Shown one piece after another: positions 38,647 through 48,856 of a stretch of DNA of 64,000 bases. The translations under genes were made by a program, and so were the position numbers. The notes under the pieces were generated by a model that worked only from the letters and a program-made list of their open reading frames with translations, did no database searches and had not been told where the DNA came from. Source of the stretch: Flavobacteriaceae bacterium (GTDB lineage Bacteria > Bacteroidota > Bacteroidia > Flavobacteriales > Flavobacteriaceae). The stretch covers positions 9,008 to 73,007 of the forward strand of contig JALSLI010000013.1 in NCBI GenBank assembly GCA_026988395.1, read 5' to 3'. Position 1 is the stretch's first letter; every line of letters begins with the position of its first letter.

Positions 38647-40011
38647 ATGGATAAAAAATTAATTCAAAAATACAATATTCCCGGACCGCGATATACTTCA
38701 TATCCTACAGTTCCTTTTTGGAATCCGGAAGGTATTCCACTTGATGATTGGAAAAATACTGTTAAAAAATCATTTAACCAGAGTAATGATAATGAAGGAA
38801 TTAGCCTTTACATTCACCTTCCTTATTGTGAAAGTCTCTGTACTTTTTGTGCCTGCCATAAACGAATTACCAAAAGACATTCGGTTGAAGATCCATATAT
38901 AGAAACTGTTTTAAAAGAATGGAAATTATATGTCGATTTATTTGAGAAAACTCCAAAAATTAAAGAGATTCACCTTGGCGGAGGAACGCCTACTTTCTTT
39001 TCACCGGACAATTTAAAACGACTTATCGAAGGTATTTTTAAATATGCCAAAAAAGCAACGGATTATGAATTTTCTTTTGAAGGTCATCCAAATAATACCA
39101 CAAAAGAACATTTGCAAACATTATTTGATTTAGGATTTAAAAGAAATAGCTTTGGTATTCAAGATTATGATCCAATCGTTCAAAAAGCAATAAATCGCAT
39201 ACAGAGTTTTGAAAATGTAAAACGCGTAACGGATTTATCACGTGAGATTGGTTACAAATCTATTAGTCATGATATTATTTTTGGCTTACCACATCAAAAA
39301 ATATCCAGTATAAAAGATACTATTGCCAAAACAATTGAACTCATGCCCGATCGTATTGCATATTACAGCTACGCTCACGTACCGTGGATTAAAGGTGTTG
39401 GACAACGTGGTTTTAACGAAAGTGATTTGCCGGCAGATGCCGAAAAACGTAAATTATACGAAATTGGGAAACAATTATTTTTTGATAACGGTTATTATGA
39501 AATTGGCATGGATCACTTTGCCTTACCAACTGACGACTTATATAAAGCGATGAAAAACAAAAAATTACATCGTAATTTTATGGGTTATACTGCTAGTAAA
39601 ACTCAATTAATGGTTGGTTTGGGTGTTTCTTCTATTAGCGATTCTTGGTATAGTTTTGCACAGAACGAAAAAAATGAAATGCTTTATACGGCAAAAGTAA
39701 ACAATGGACAAATTCCTATTTTCAGAGGTCATTTACTAACGGCTGATGATTTAATTATTAGAAAACATATTTTAAATTTAATGTGTAATTTAGAAACCTC
39801 TTGGCAGAACGATGCACTAAAATTTAAAGAACTTCCACAAGTTTTGGATGCTTTGCAAGAAATGGTAGATGATGATTTAATCGTTATATCCGAAAATGGT
39901 ATTGTGGTAAAAGAAAAAGGAAGAATGTTTGTAAGAAATGTCTGTATGGCTTTTGATGTACATCTAAAAAGAAAAAAACCGGAAACGCGTATTTTTTCAA
40001 TGACAATATAA
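38647..40011 (+). CDS. hemN: oxygen-independent coproporphyrinogen III oxidase (radical SAM)
   Basis: 454 aa with YIHLPYCESLCTFCAC (CxxxCxxC). Confidence 0.9.
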   Translation: MDKKLIQKYNIPGPRYTSYPTVPFWNPEGIPLDDWKNTVKKSFNQSNDNEGISLYIHLPYCESLCTFCACHKRITKRHSVEDPYIETVLKEWKLYVDLFEKTPKIKEIHLGGGTPTFFSPDNLKRLIEGIFKYAKKATDYEFSFEGHPNNTTKEHLQTLFDLGFKRNSFGIQDYDPIVQKAINRIQSFENVKRVTDLSREIGYKSISHDIIFGLPHQKISSIKDTIAKTIELMPDRIAYYSYAHVPWIKGVGQRGFNESDLPADAEKRKLYEIGKQLFFDNGYYEIGMDHFALPTDDLYKAMKNKKLHRNFMGYTASKTQLMVGLGVSSISDSWYSFAQNEKNEMLYTAKVNNGQIPIFRGHLLTADDLIIRKHILNLMCNLETSWQNDALKFKELPQVLDALQEMVDDDLIVISENGIVVKEKGRMFVRNVCMAFDVHLKRKKPETRIFSMTI

Positions 40012-40014
40012 CAG

Positions 40015-40049
40015 AAACGGCTTTATTTATAAAAAAATAAAGCCGTTTT
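40015..40049. terminator. hairpin terminator between convergent hemN and mtaB
   Basis: 14-bp arms aaacggctttattt / aaataaagccgttt. Confidence 0.7.
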
Positions 40050-40073
40050 AATTCAGGCTAAATTTTCTAAAAA

Positions 40074-41390
40074 CTATAAAAACGCAAAACGCACCAAACC
40101 ATCATCATCAATTTCGGTTAGTTTCACTTTTTTAATTGTATTCACCAATTCCAGATTCCATGGATGTTTTATCTTTACGTAGTTTTGGGTAAATCCGTGT
40201 ATATATCCTTCTTTATTTTCACTTTCAAAAAGTACTTCTAACTCGTTGTTTAACTGACTTTCATAAAATGCTCTTCGTTTTTTAACCGATAATCCACGTA
40301 ACATCTTACTTCGTTTTTTACGAATATTTTGCGGTACAACACCATCCATTTCTATAGCTTCGGTATTTGGTCTTTCGGAATACGTAAATACGTGTAAATA
40401 CGAAATCGGCATCTCTTGCAAATAACGATACGTCTCTAAAAATAATTCATCAGTTTCTCCCGGAAATCCAACAATTACATCTACTCCAATACACGCATTT
40501 GGCATAATTTCTTTAATTTTTTGTACTCTATCGGTATACGTTTTTCGTAAATAACGACGTTTCATTTTCTTTAACAAAGCATCGCTTCCACTTTGCAACG
40601 GAATGTGAAAATGTGGTACAAAAGAATTGGATTTCGCTACAAATTCAATTGTTTCATCTTTTAATAGATTTGGTTCTATGGAAGATATTCTAATACGTTT
40701 AATACCTTCGACTTTATCGAGATTTTCCACCAATTCAAAAAAAGTGTGTTCGTGTTTTTTATTGCCAAATTCGCCTTTACCGTAATCGCCAATATTAACA
40801 CCGGTTAAAACGATTTCCTTAATATTTTTTTCTGAAATTTCTTTGGCATTTTGCAGTACGTTTTCTAAAGTATCGCTTCGCGAAATTCCTCTTGCAAGCG
40901 GAATTGTGCAATACGTACATTTATAATCACAGCCATCTTGTACTTTTAAAAATGCACGCGTTCTATCGCCAAAAGAATAAGAGCTTTCGTAAAAATTAGC
41001 CTCTTCTATCGCACAAGAATGTACTTTTCCTACAGGATTTTTAGTTAAATCATTTATATAGGAAGTAACTTTAAATTTTTCGGTTGCTCCCAAAACCAAA
41101 TCTACTCCTTCTACATCTGCCAAAGCTTCCGGTTTTAATTGTGCGTAACAACCAATTCCGATAAGAAAAGCATCCGGATTTTTCTTTAAAGCACTTTTTA
41201 CAATTTGCTTAAAACGTTTATCGGCATTTTCGGTTACCGAGCAAGTATTTATAACATATACATCGGCTTTTTCGTTAAAATCTATTCTGGTAAAATTTTC
41301 TTTTTCAAAACTTCTGGCAATCGTTGAGGTTTCCGAAAAATTTAATTTACATCCTAAAGTATAAAAAGCGACTTTTTTATCTGCATTCAT
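40074..41390 (-). CDS. mtaB: tRNA methylthiotransferase MtaB (radical SAM)
   Basis: 438 aa with an N-terminal Cys triad (C..C..C), CDYKCTYC and a TRAM-like end. Confidence 0.85.
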   Translation of the reverse strand: MNADKKVAFYTLGCKLNFSETSTIARSFEKENFTRIDFNEKADVYVINTCSVTENADKRFKQIVKSALKKNPDAFLIGIGCYAQLKPEALADVEGVDLVLGATEKFKVTSYINDLTKNPVGKVHSCAIEEANFYESSYSFGDRTRAFLKVQDGCDYKCTYCTIPLARGISRSDTLENVLQNAKEISEKNIKEIVLTGVNIGDYGKGEFGNKKHEHTFFELVENLDKVEGIKRIRISSIEPNLLKDETIEFVAKSNSFVPHFHIPLQSGSDALLKKMKRRYLRKTYTDRVQKIKEIMPNACIGVDVIVGFPGETDELFLETYRYLQEMPISYLHVFTYSERPNTEAIEMDGVVPQNIRKKRSKMLRGLSVKKRRAFYESQLNNELEVLFESENKEGYIHGFTQNYVKIKHPWNLELVNTIKKVKLTEIDDDGLVRFAFL

Positions 41391-41452
41391 TATTGTATCT
41401 TTAACGGTGCAAAATTACAGTTTATATTGAATTAACCAATTATTTATTAGAA

Positions 41453-41953
41453 ATGATATTTGAAACTGAAAGACTATCCATAAGAAAACTAAAAAATCAA
41501 GATTTTGATGCATTTCATCAAATGCAATCTAATATAAACGTAATGAGATATACAGATTCACCTCCTAAAAATAAAACAGAAAACAAATTGGATCTAGATC
41601 GAGTTATTTCTTTTTACCAAAAACCAAAAAATTCCTTTTGGGTATTTGCCATAGAACGAAAAAAAGACACAAATTTTATAGGAACCATAGCAATTATTAT
41701 AGATAATGACGCTAAAGCGGAAATAGGCTACCGTTATCTAGAAAAATATTGGCACAATGGATACGCCTTTGAAGCTCTAAACGGATTGATTAATTATGCT
41801 AAAGAATTAAAATTAAAAGAATTATATGGCGAAGTTGTTGTAGAAAATAACGCATCGGAATATCTTTTAAAAAAAGTCGGATTTCAATTTGTAAAAGAAT
41901 ATATTTGCGAAGATTTAAAACTATTAGAACGACTTTATACCTTAAAATTATGA
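41453..41953 (+). CDS. GNAT family N-acetyltransferase (RimJ/RimL-like)
   Basis: 166 aa; FETERLSIRKL... pattern. Confidence 0.75.
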   Translation: MIFETERLSIRKLKNQDFDAFHQMQSNINVMRYTDSPPKNKTENKLDLDRVISFYQKPKNSFWVFAIERKKDTNFIGTIAIIIDNDAKAEIGYRYLEKYWHNGYAFEALNGLINYAKELKLKELYGEVVVENNASEYLLKKVGFQFVKEYICEDLKLLERLYTLKL

Positions 41954-42273
41954 TTAAACATGTTAAAAAAGATCCGTATTACGCTGTAATTTTCACTGCA
42001 AAATTTGCAAAAGACCTAACCGGTTATGATAAAATAGCCGAAGAAATGTTCGCCTTAGCTAAAGAACAAAAAGGTTTTATTAGTATGGAATCAGTGAAAG
42101 AAAATGGCAAAGAAATTACTGTTTCTTATTGGAGAACTCTTGAAGATATAAGAAACTGGAATATTAATGAAAGACACCAAGAAGCTAAAAAAGGCGGAAA
42201 AACAAAATGGTATGAAAATTTTACCGTTAGAATTTGTAAAGTTGAACGCGAATATTCATTTGAGAATTTATAA
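41950..42273 (+). CDS. ABM (antibiotic biosynthesis monooxygenase)-like small protein
   Basis: I prefer the ATG at 41950 (an ATGA overlap with the previous stop) over 41905. It has a ferredoxin-like alpha+beta pattern. Confidence 0.5.
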   Translation: MIKHVKKDPYYAVIFTAKFAKDLTGYDKIAEEMFALAKEQKGFISMESVKENGKEITVSYWRTLEDIRNWNINERHQEAKKGGKTKWYENFTVRICKVEREYSFENL

Positions 42274-42285
42274 TATTTGCCTTAA

Positions 42286-43908
42286 ATGATTTTTTTAAAG
42301 AAAATAAAGTACTTGTTCCTTATTGTAATAACAATTACTTTATTTTCTTGTTCGCCAAAAAAAAATTATTTTACAGATAAAGATGTATTTCGCTACAACG
42401 AACATGCTAACATTGCTACCTTAGATCCTGCCTTTGCAAGAAAACAAGCCGAAATATGGCCAATGAATCACTTGTACAACGGATTGGTGCAATTAGACGA
42501 AAATTTAAACGTTTTACCTGCGATTGCAAAAAAATGGAAATTTTCAGATAATGGAAAAACCATTGATTTCATTCTAAGAAAAGATGTGTTTTTTCATAAA
42601 GACAAAGCGTTTGGCAAAGACAGTACTCGCACTGTAAAAGCAACCGATTTTACGTATTCTTTTAAACGCTTGTTAGATCCAAAAGTGGCTTCACCGGGAA
42701 AATGGGTTTTAAATAACGTAAAATCCTTTGAAGCCATAAACGATACTGTTTTTAGAATAAAATTAAAAGAAGCCTTCCCTCCTTTTTTAGGATTGCTAAC
42801 TATGAAATATTGTTCGGTTGTACCAAAGGAGGCAGTAGAATTTTACGGCAACAAATTCCGTTCGCATCCTGTTGGCACCGGTCCGTTTTACCTAAAATTA
42901 TGGGTAGAAAACACCAAACTGGTACTTAGAAAAAATAAGTTATATTTTGAAAAAGAAAACGGAAAACAATTGCCTTATATCGAAGCAATTTCCATAACTT
43001 TTTTACCGGACAAACAAAGTGAATTTTTACAATTTATTCAAGGAAAATTAGATTTACTTTCGGGAATTGATGCTTCCTTTAAAGACGAGATTTTAACAGA
43101 AACCGGTAATTTACAACCAAAATATCGACAAAAAATAACCTTACAAAAAGCACCATATCTAAATACCGAATATCTTGGTTTTTTTATGGAAGTAAATCCA
43201 AATTATCCAACAGCAAATTTAAAAATTAGAAAAGCATTAAATTATGGATTTGACCGAGTAAAAATGATAAAATATTTACGAAATGGCATCGGAACTCCTG
43301 CTGTTAATGGATTTATTCCAAAAGGTTTACCAAGTTTCAACAACATAAAAGGTTACACCTACAAACCAAAAAAAGCCAAACAATTAATACAAAACTACAT
43401 ATTGGAAACCGGTGATACGCATCCTAAAATTACCATAACAACTGATGCCCAATATTTAGATTTATGCGAATACATACAACAAGAAATGAGCAATTTAGGT
43501 TTGGAAGTAAAAATAGATGTTCTACCACCTTCTATGCTCAGACAAGGAAAATCTAAAGGAGAACTTCCGGTATTTAGAGCCAGTTGGATTGCCGATTATC
43601 CGGATGCCGAGAATTATCTTTCCCTTTATTACAGCAAGTTTTTCACACCAAACGGTTCTAACTATACACATTTTAAAAATCCGGATTTCGATCGTTTATA
43701 CGAAAAAGCAATCGCTACAACCGATAATAAAAAAAGGTATAAAATTTACCAAAAGATGGATAGTATTATTATTGACAAAGCTCCTATTGTACCTCTTTAT
43801 TACGATGAGGTAACACGATTCTCTCAAAAGAATATTCAAAACCTAAAAATAAATGCTATTAATTTGTTAGATTTGAAAAAAGTTAGAAAAAAAAGAAGTG
43901 AATTGTAA
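42286..43908 (+). CDS. ABC transporter substrate-binding lipoprotein, peptide/nickel (family 5) type
   Basis: 540 aa with lipobox LFSCSPKK and an SBP_bac_5-like pattern. Confidence 0.75.
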   Translation: MIFLKKIKYLFLIVITITLFSCSPKKNYFTDKDVFRYNEHANIATLDPAFARKQAEIWPMNHLYNGLVQLDENLNVLPAIAKKWKFSDNGKTIDFILRKDVFFHKDKAFGKDSTRTVKATDFTYSFKRLLDPKVASPGKWVLNNVKSFEAINDTVFRIKLKEAFPPFLGLLTMKYCSVVPKEAVEFYGNKFRSHPVGTGPFYLKLWVENTKLVLRKNKLYFEKENGKQLPYIEAISITFLPDKQSEFLQFIQGKLDLLSGIDASFKDEILTETGNLQPKYRQKITLQKAPYLNTEYLGFFMEVNPNYPTANLKIRKALNYGFDRVKMIKYLRNGIGTPAVNGFIPKGLPSFNNIKGYTYKPKKAKQLIQNYILETGDTHPKITITTDAQYLDLCEYIQQEMSNLGLEVKIDVLPPSMLRQGKSKGELPVFRASWIADYPDAENYLSLYYSKFFTPNGSNYTHFKNPDFDRLYEKAIATTDNKKRYKIYQKMDSIIIDKAPIVPLYYDEVTRFSQKNIQNLKINAINLLDLKKVRKKRSEL

Positions 43909-43968
43909 GTAAAATAAGCAAGCATCGTTAAAATAACGCTAATTAAAAGCTTATACAATTAAATAAAA

Positions 43969-44919
43969 ATGAAAAAAGTTAAACCAAATATTGTTTCGTA
44001 TAAAGATAAAAAAGTTAAACTCTTTTTAATCTTCTTGGCACTTTCTTTCTTTTTTTGGTTTTTATCTAAATTGTCTAAGGAATACACCACAACAATTTCG
44101 TTTAAAACGGAATTCATAAACCTAGCAAAGGAAAAAACTATTTTTACCGATAAAAATTTAACTTTAAACATTACACTAAAAAGTAGCGGATTTGACTTAT
44201 TAAAAAATACATTTAAAAAAAGAATAAAAATCGATCTATTAGATGTTAAAGAAACAAACGGAAAAATAGTTCTTAACCCCAACGATCAAATAACCAAAAT
44301 ACAAGAACAATTAGGGAATAACATTCAAATCATCCATATAGAACCTGAAATTTTAAAACTGGATTTTGGCACCTTAAACACAAAAAAAATAAAAGTAATT
44401 CCTAATCTTTCATTAAACTATAAATCCGGTTATTATCTTTCTGAACCACTAAAAATAAAACCGGATTCTATTGCTATTTCCGGACCTAAAGAAATAATAG
44501 ACACCATACGTAATATTTACACAAAAGAACTGAAATTAACCGATTTGGATAACGATTTTAACCAAACTGTCTTGCTTAAAAAAAATGGAAATAACAAAAT
44601 TAAATACAATACTGAAAAGATACATATTTCCGGTAAGGTAGAAAAAAACACAGAAGGAGAAATTACACTTCCTATTTATATAATAAACACCAAAGGAAAA
44701 AATGTAAAAACCTTTGAAAAAAACATAAAGGCAAAATATAAAGTAAGTCTAAAAAATTACGATAAAGTAAAAGCCTCTGATTTTAAGATTATTTGTGATT
44801 ATAATCGAACAAAAAAAGATAGTTTGGATTATCTTATTCCTGAAATTCAAAAAAAATCAGAATATGTTACCGAAGTGGAAATACATCCAAAAAAAATAGA
44901 GTTTTTAATTTTAAAATAA
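43969..44919 (+). CDS. YbbR-like domain membrane-anchored protein
   Basis: 316 aa with an N-terminal TM helix and repeated beta-rich modules. The call is tentative. Confidence 0.4.
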   Translation: MKKVKPNIVSYKDKKVKLFLIFLALSFFFWFLSKLSKEYTTTISFKTEFINLAKEKTIFTDKNLTLNITLKSSGFDLLKNTFKKRIKIDLLDVKETNGKIVLNPNDQITKIQEQLGNNIQIIHIEPEILKLDFGTLNTKKIKVIPNLSLNYKSGYYLSEPLKIKPDSIAISGPKEIIDTIRNIYTKELKLTDLDNDFNQTVLLKKNGNNKIKYNTEKIHISGKVEKNTEGEITLPIYIINTKGKNVKTFEKNIKAKYKVSLKNYDKVKASDFKIICDYNRTKKDSLDYLIPEIQKKSEYVTEVEIHPKKIEFLILK

Positions 44920-45497
44920 TGCTGATAATTGGTTTAACAGGAGGGATTGGCAGTGGTAAAACAACCGTTGCAAAATTATTTGAAAAATATGGAATTCCCG
45001 TTTATTATTCTGATATCGAAGCAAAAAAATTAATGAATCGTTCTAAAATTATTAAACGAAAATTAATTTCCAAATTTGGTGAGGAGGTTTACAAAGACAA
45101 ATACTTAAATCGTCCTTTTTTGGCTTCAATTATTTTTAATGATAAAGATGCTTTAAACTATGTTTCTCAAGTAGTTCATCCAAAAGTAGCACAACACTTT
45201 AAACGATGGATTAATAAACAAAAAGCTCCTTTTGTAATACAAGAAAATGCCATTTTATTTGAAAATGGCTCTTACAAAAATATGGATAAAATCATTACGG
45301 TTACCGCTCCGCTAAAAACCAAAATAAATCGTGTTATCAATCGTGATAAAACTACCAAAAAACAGGTTTTAGAACGGATGAAAAATCAACTAACCGATGA
45401 TGAAAAAACCAAAAAATCGGATTTTGTAATAAATAACATCGATTTAGCAGACACAAAAAAACAAGTAGAACAAATTTACCTGCAACTTCTTAAATAA
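44919..45497 (+). CDS. coaE: dephospho-CoA kinase
   Basis: 192 aa with IGLTGGIGSGKTT. Confidence 0.9.
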   Translation: MLIIGLTGGIGSGKTTVAKLFEKYGIPVYYSDIEAKKLMNRSKIIKRKLISKFGEEVYKDKYLNRPFLASIIFNDKDALNYVSQVVHPKVAQHFKRWINKQKAPFVIQENAILFENGSYKNMDKIITVTAPLKTKINRVINRDKTTKKQVLERMKNQLTDDEKTKKSDFVINNIDLADTKKQVEQIYLQLLK

Positions 45498-45573
45498 GTG
45501 TTAAAAAAAAGTCCACTTCGTTAAGAATGGTTAAAAATAAACAAAGTATCTTGCAATAGATTATTTTTGTATT

Positions 45574-47139
45574 ATGCGTAAGAAAATTTTTGTTGTTTTA
45601 TCACTTCTAATGCTTATATCTATAATAGGTATCATCTTAATTCAAACTTTTTGGATTAATAATGCCATTGCCATAAGTAAAAAACAATTTAACTCTAACG
45701 CCAAATCGGCAATTACCGATGCCATAAAAAACATTGAAAAACGAGAATTTAGAGATTTTATTGAGGAAAACAGAGACTTTTTTTCGCACACTCAAAACCC
45801 TAAAAACAGAGATTTACGCACCTACATTTTTCAAAAAATAGACACTGTAAATAATGAAATTTTTACATATAAACAAAGTACATTAATCGATAATTACGAA
45901 ACTAAAAGTCCTTTAAAAACTAATGGTATCAATAATTTTAAAAGTTATTTTTCTAAGAGAGAAAAAGAAATATCTTCACTAAATTTAAACATTCAAAAAG
46001 ACATAAAAGGCAAACAAAAATTCAAAGCAACCGTTTACAGCGAATTGCCGGCATTTACCAAATTAGAAATAGAACAAGTCTATAAAGAAGTTGCACCAAG
46101 CAAACCAATTTACCAAAGAGTTTCTAAAAAAGAACTGGAAGCAAATTTAAAAAGAGAATTAAATAACAGAGGTATCGATACACCTTTTAAATTTGCAGTG
46201 TTTGCAGGAAATTATCCAACTAAATTACGTTCAGATAAATTTGATGATAACCAAAAAAATGTAGTAACAATTCCTATTTTCAGTAACGATTTAGGGAGAA
46301 CCAAATATTACCTGAAAGTTTATTTTCCGGATCAAAAAGGGTATATTTTCTCAAACATTAAAAAGCCGTTATTTATGGCTGTAACTTTTATTTTACTTAT
46401 TATTTTAGTCTTTGGTTTTGCTTTATATCAAATGATAAAACAAAAAAGAATCTCTGAAATAAAAACAGATTTTATTAATAATATGACGCATGAATTTAAA
46501 ACACCAATAGCAACCATAAATTTAGCTTTGGATGCCATAAAAAATCCGAAAATTATTAATAATAAAGAGGAGGTTTTAAAATATACCAAAATGATTCGTG
46601 ATGAGAACAAACGAATGCATGCTCAGGTAGAAAATGTTCTTAGAATATCTAAATTAGAAAAAAATCAATTGGAAATCAGTAAGGATGTGGTAGATATTCA
46701 CGACTTATTAGACGATGCTGTATCGCATGTAGAATTAATCATTAAAGACAAAGGTGGTTATATAAAGAAACATTACAATGCCATTTTGGCAGAAATTTTA
46801 GGGAACGATTTACACCTTACAAATGTCTTTGTAAATATTTTAGACAATGCCATTAAATATACAAAAGGAGCTCCTAAAATAGATATTCATACCGAAAATG
46901 CAGGAAACAATATTATTATTAAAATAAAAGATCAAGGTATGGGTATGAGTAAAACCGTACAAAAACAAGTATTCGACAAGTTTTACAGAGAACAAAAAGG
47001 AAATATTCATGATGTTAAAGGTCACGGTTTAGGTTTATCATATGTAAAAAAAATAATTGAAAACCACAGCGGAACAGTAACCGTTGAAAGCGAAAAAGAC
47101 AAAGGAAGTACTTTTATTATTAAACTTCCGTTAATATAA
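45574..47139 (+). CDS. two-component sensor histidine kinase (HisKA/HATPase_c)
   Basis: 521 aa with H-box MTHEFKTPIATI and N and G boxes (DNAIKYT, GHGLGLSYV). Confidence 0.85.
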   Translation: MRKKIFVVLSLLMLISIIGIILIQTFWINNAIAISKKQFNSNAKSAITDAIKNIEKREFRDFIEENRDFFSHTQNPKNRDLRTYIFQKIDTVNNEIFTYKQSTLIDNYETKSPLKTNGINNFKSYFSKREKEISSLNLNIQKDIKGKQKFKATVYSELPAFTKLEIEQVYKEVAPSKPIYQRVSKKELEANLKRELNNRGIDTPFKFAVFAGNYPTKLRSDKFDDNQKNVVTIPIFSNDLGRTKYYLKVYFPDQKGYIFSNIKKPLFMAVTFILLIILVFGFALYQMIKQKRISEIKTDFINNMTHEFKTPIATINLALDAIKNPKIINNKEEVLKYTKMIRDENKRMHAQVENVLRISKLEKNQLEISKDVVDIHDLLDDAVSHVELIIKDKGGYIKKHYNAILAEILGNDLHLTNVFVNILDNAIKYTKGAPKIDIHTENAGNNIIIKIKDQGMGMSKTVQKQVFDKFYREQKGNIHDVKGHGLGLSYVKKIIENHSGTVTVESEKDKGSTFIIKLPLI

Positions 47140-47192
47140 ATAAAACTTGGATTGATTTTTGTATTAATACCAAGTACTCAAAAATTGACGAT

Positions 47193-47903
47193 ATGGCAGA
47201 TAAAAAAATATTATTAGTAGAAGACGATCCAAATTTTGGAACCGTACTTAAAGATTATTTGAGTTTAAATGATTACGATGTTACACTTGCTAAAGATGGT
47301 ATTGAAGGTCTAATCGAATTTAAAAATAACGATTACGACGTTGCTATTTTAGATGTGATGATGCCTAGAAAAGATGGTTTTTCATTGGCAAAAGATATTC
47401 GTGAAAAAGATAAAGAAATTCCTATTATTTTCTTAACCGCTAAAACACTTAAAGAAGATATTTTAAAAGGGTATCAAGTTGGTGCCGATGATTATTTAAA
47501 CAAACCTTTTGATAGTGAAGTATTATTACATAAAATTAATGCAATGATACAACGAAAAGCAAAAGATACTGATGAGAATGACGATATTATAGAATTTCAA
47601 ATAGGTAAATTTCATTTAAACACAAATTTAAGACAATTAACGTATACCGACGAAAACGGTAAAGAAGTTACGATAAAACTTTCACCAAAAGAAAATAAAT
47701 TATTACGATTACTGGTTTTGCATAAAAACGATTTAATGCCAAGAGAGTTAGCTCTCACAAAAATTTGGCGTGATGATAATTATTTTACATCCAGAAGTAT
47801 GGACGTATATATTGCGAAATTAAGAAAATACCTAAAACCAGATCCTAATGTAGAAATTATCAACATTCACGGTGAAGGATTTAGATTAGTAGAAAAAAAA
47901 TAA
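47193..47903 (+). CDS. OmpR-family response regulator
   Basis: 236 aa with a receiver domain (DD..D..K) plus a winged-helix C-terminus. Confidence 0.9.
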   Translation: MADKKILLVEDDPNFGTVLKDYLSLNDYDVTLAKDGIEGLIEFKNNDYDVAILDVMMPRKDGFSLAKDIREKDKEIPIIFLTAKTLKEDILKGYQVGADDYLNKPFDSEVLLHKINAMIQRKAKDTDENDDIIEFQIGKFHLNTNLRQLTYTDENGKEVTIKLSPKENKLLRLLVLHKNDLMPRELALTKIWRDDNYFTSRSMDVYIAKLRKYLKPDPNVEIINIHGEGFRLVEKK

Positions 47904-48146
47904 TTTTATCATAACCGCAAAAATTTATGAAATTAGCTTTGTTTAGATGTAAAATTTTAGAATCCGAAGGAATACATTAGTATATCGAGGGTTGTGAAAT
48001 GAAACAGATGAATAAAGATAATTTCAAACGCTCTCAAGTTTGAACTTTTGAAAATCATAAAATTATTAACGTAATTATTTATATTTCATTATTTTATTCA
48101 ACAAAAGTGGAGGTTGTGGTGAATTTAGCGGAATAATTATTTAGTG

Positions 48147-48183
48147 ACCTATCAAGTATCAAACGCTTGATAGGTTTTCTTTT
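48147..48183 (+). terminator. intrinsic terminator
   Basis: acctatcaag-N9-cttgataggt followed by TTTTCTTTT. Confidence 0.55.
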
Positions 48184-48218
48184 GCAAAATATTGTACATT
48201 TGTATCAAACTTAAAAAT

Positions 48219-48839
48219 ATGGCTGAAATAATTAAACTCTATAACGAAAACCCAAACCCAAAAGCAATTGAAAAAATTGTAAAAGTTTTAAAAAAAGGTG
48301 GTTTAATTATTTATCCAACCGATACTGTTTATGGTCTTGGTTGTGATATTACAAACAATAAAGCATTAGAAAAAATAGCCAGAATCAAAGGCGTAAAACT
48401 CGATAAAGCAAATTTCTCATTTGTATGTGAGGATTTAAGTAATCTATCAGATTATGTAAAACAAATCGACCAACCTACTTTTAAACTTTTAAAAAGAGCT
48501 TTACCCGGACCTTATACTTTTATTTTAGAAGGAAATAACAAATTACCCAAAGTTTTTAAAAAGAAAAAAACGGTAGGTATTAGAGTACCTGATAATAATA
48601 TTGCTCGTGCAATTGTTTCCGCTCTTGGTAATCCTATTGTTTCTACATCGATAAAAGATGAAGATGAAGTTATTGAATACACAACCGATCCTGAACTTAT
48701 TTATGAAAAATGGAAAAACAAAGTAGACTTAGTAGTCGATGGCGGTTACGGAGACAACCAAGCATCTACGGTTATAGATTTAAGTAATGGTGAAACCGAA
48801 GTTATCCGTAAAGGAAAGGGAAGCATAGATATTTTATAA
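48219..48839 (+). CDS. tsaC: L-threonylcarbamoyladenylate synthase (YrdC/TsaC family)
   Basis: I prefer the ATG at 48219. It has IIYPTDTVYGLGCD. Confidence 0.85.
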   Translation: MAEIIKLYNENPNPKAIEKIVKVLKKGGLIIYPTDTVYGLGCDITNNKALEKIARIKGVKLDKANFSFVCEDLSNLSDYVKQIDQPTFKLLKRALPGPYTFILEGNNKLPKVFKKKKTVGIRVPDNNIARAIVSALGNPIVSTSIKDEDEVIEYTTDPELIYEKWKNKVDLVVDGGYGDNQASTVIDLSNGETEVIRKGKGSIDIL

Positions 48840-48856
48840 AATTAAAACAATTGAAA

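Noticed and set aside
43959-44282. 107-aa minus-strand ORF
   Set aside because: It is antisense to the 316-aa plus-strand ORF and has no supporting features.
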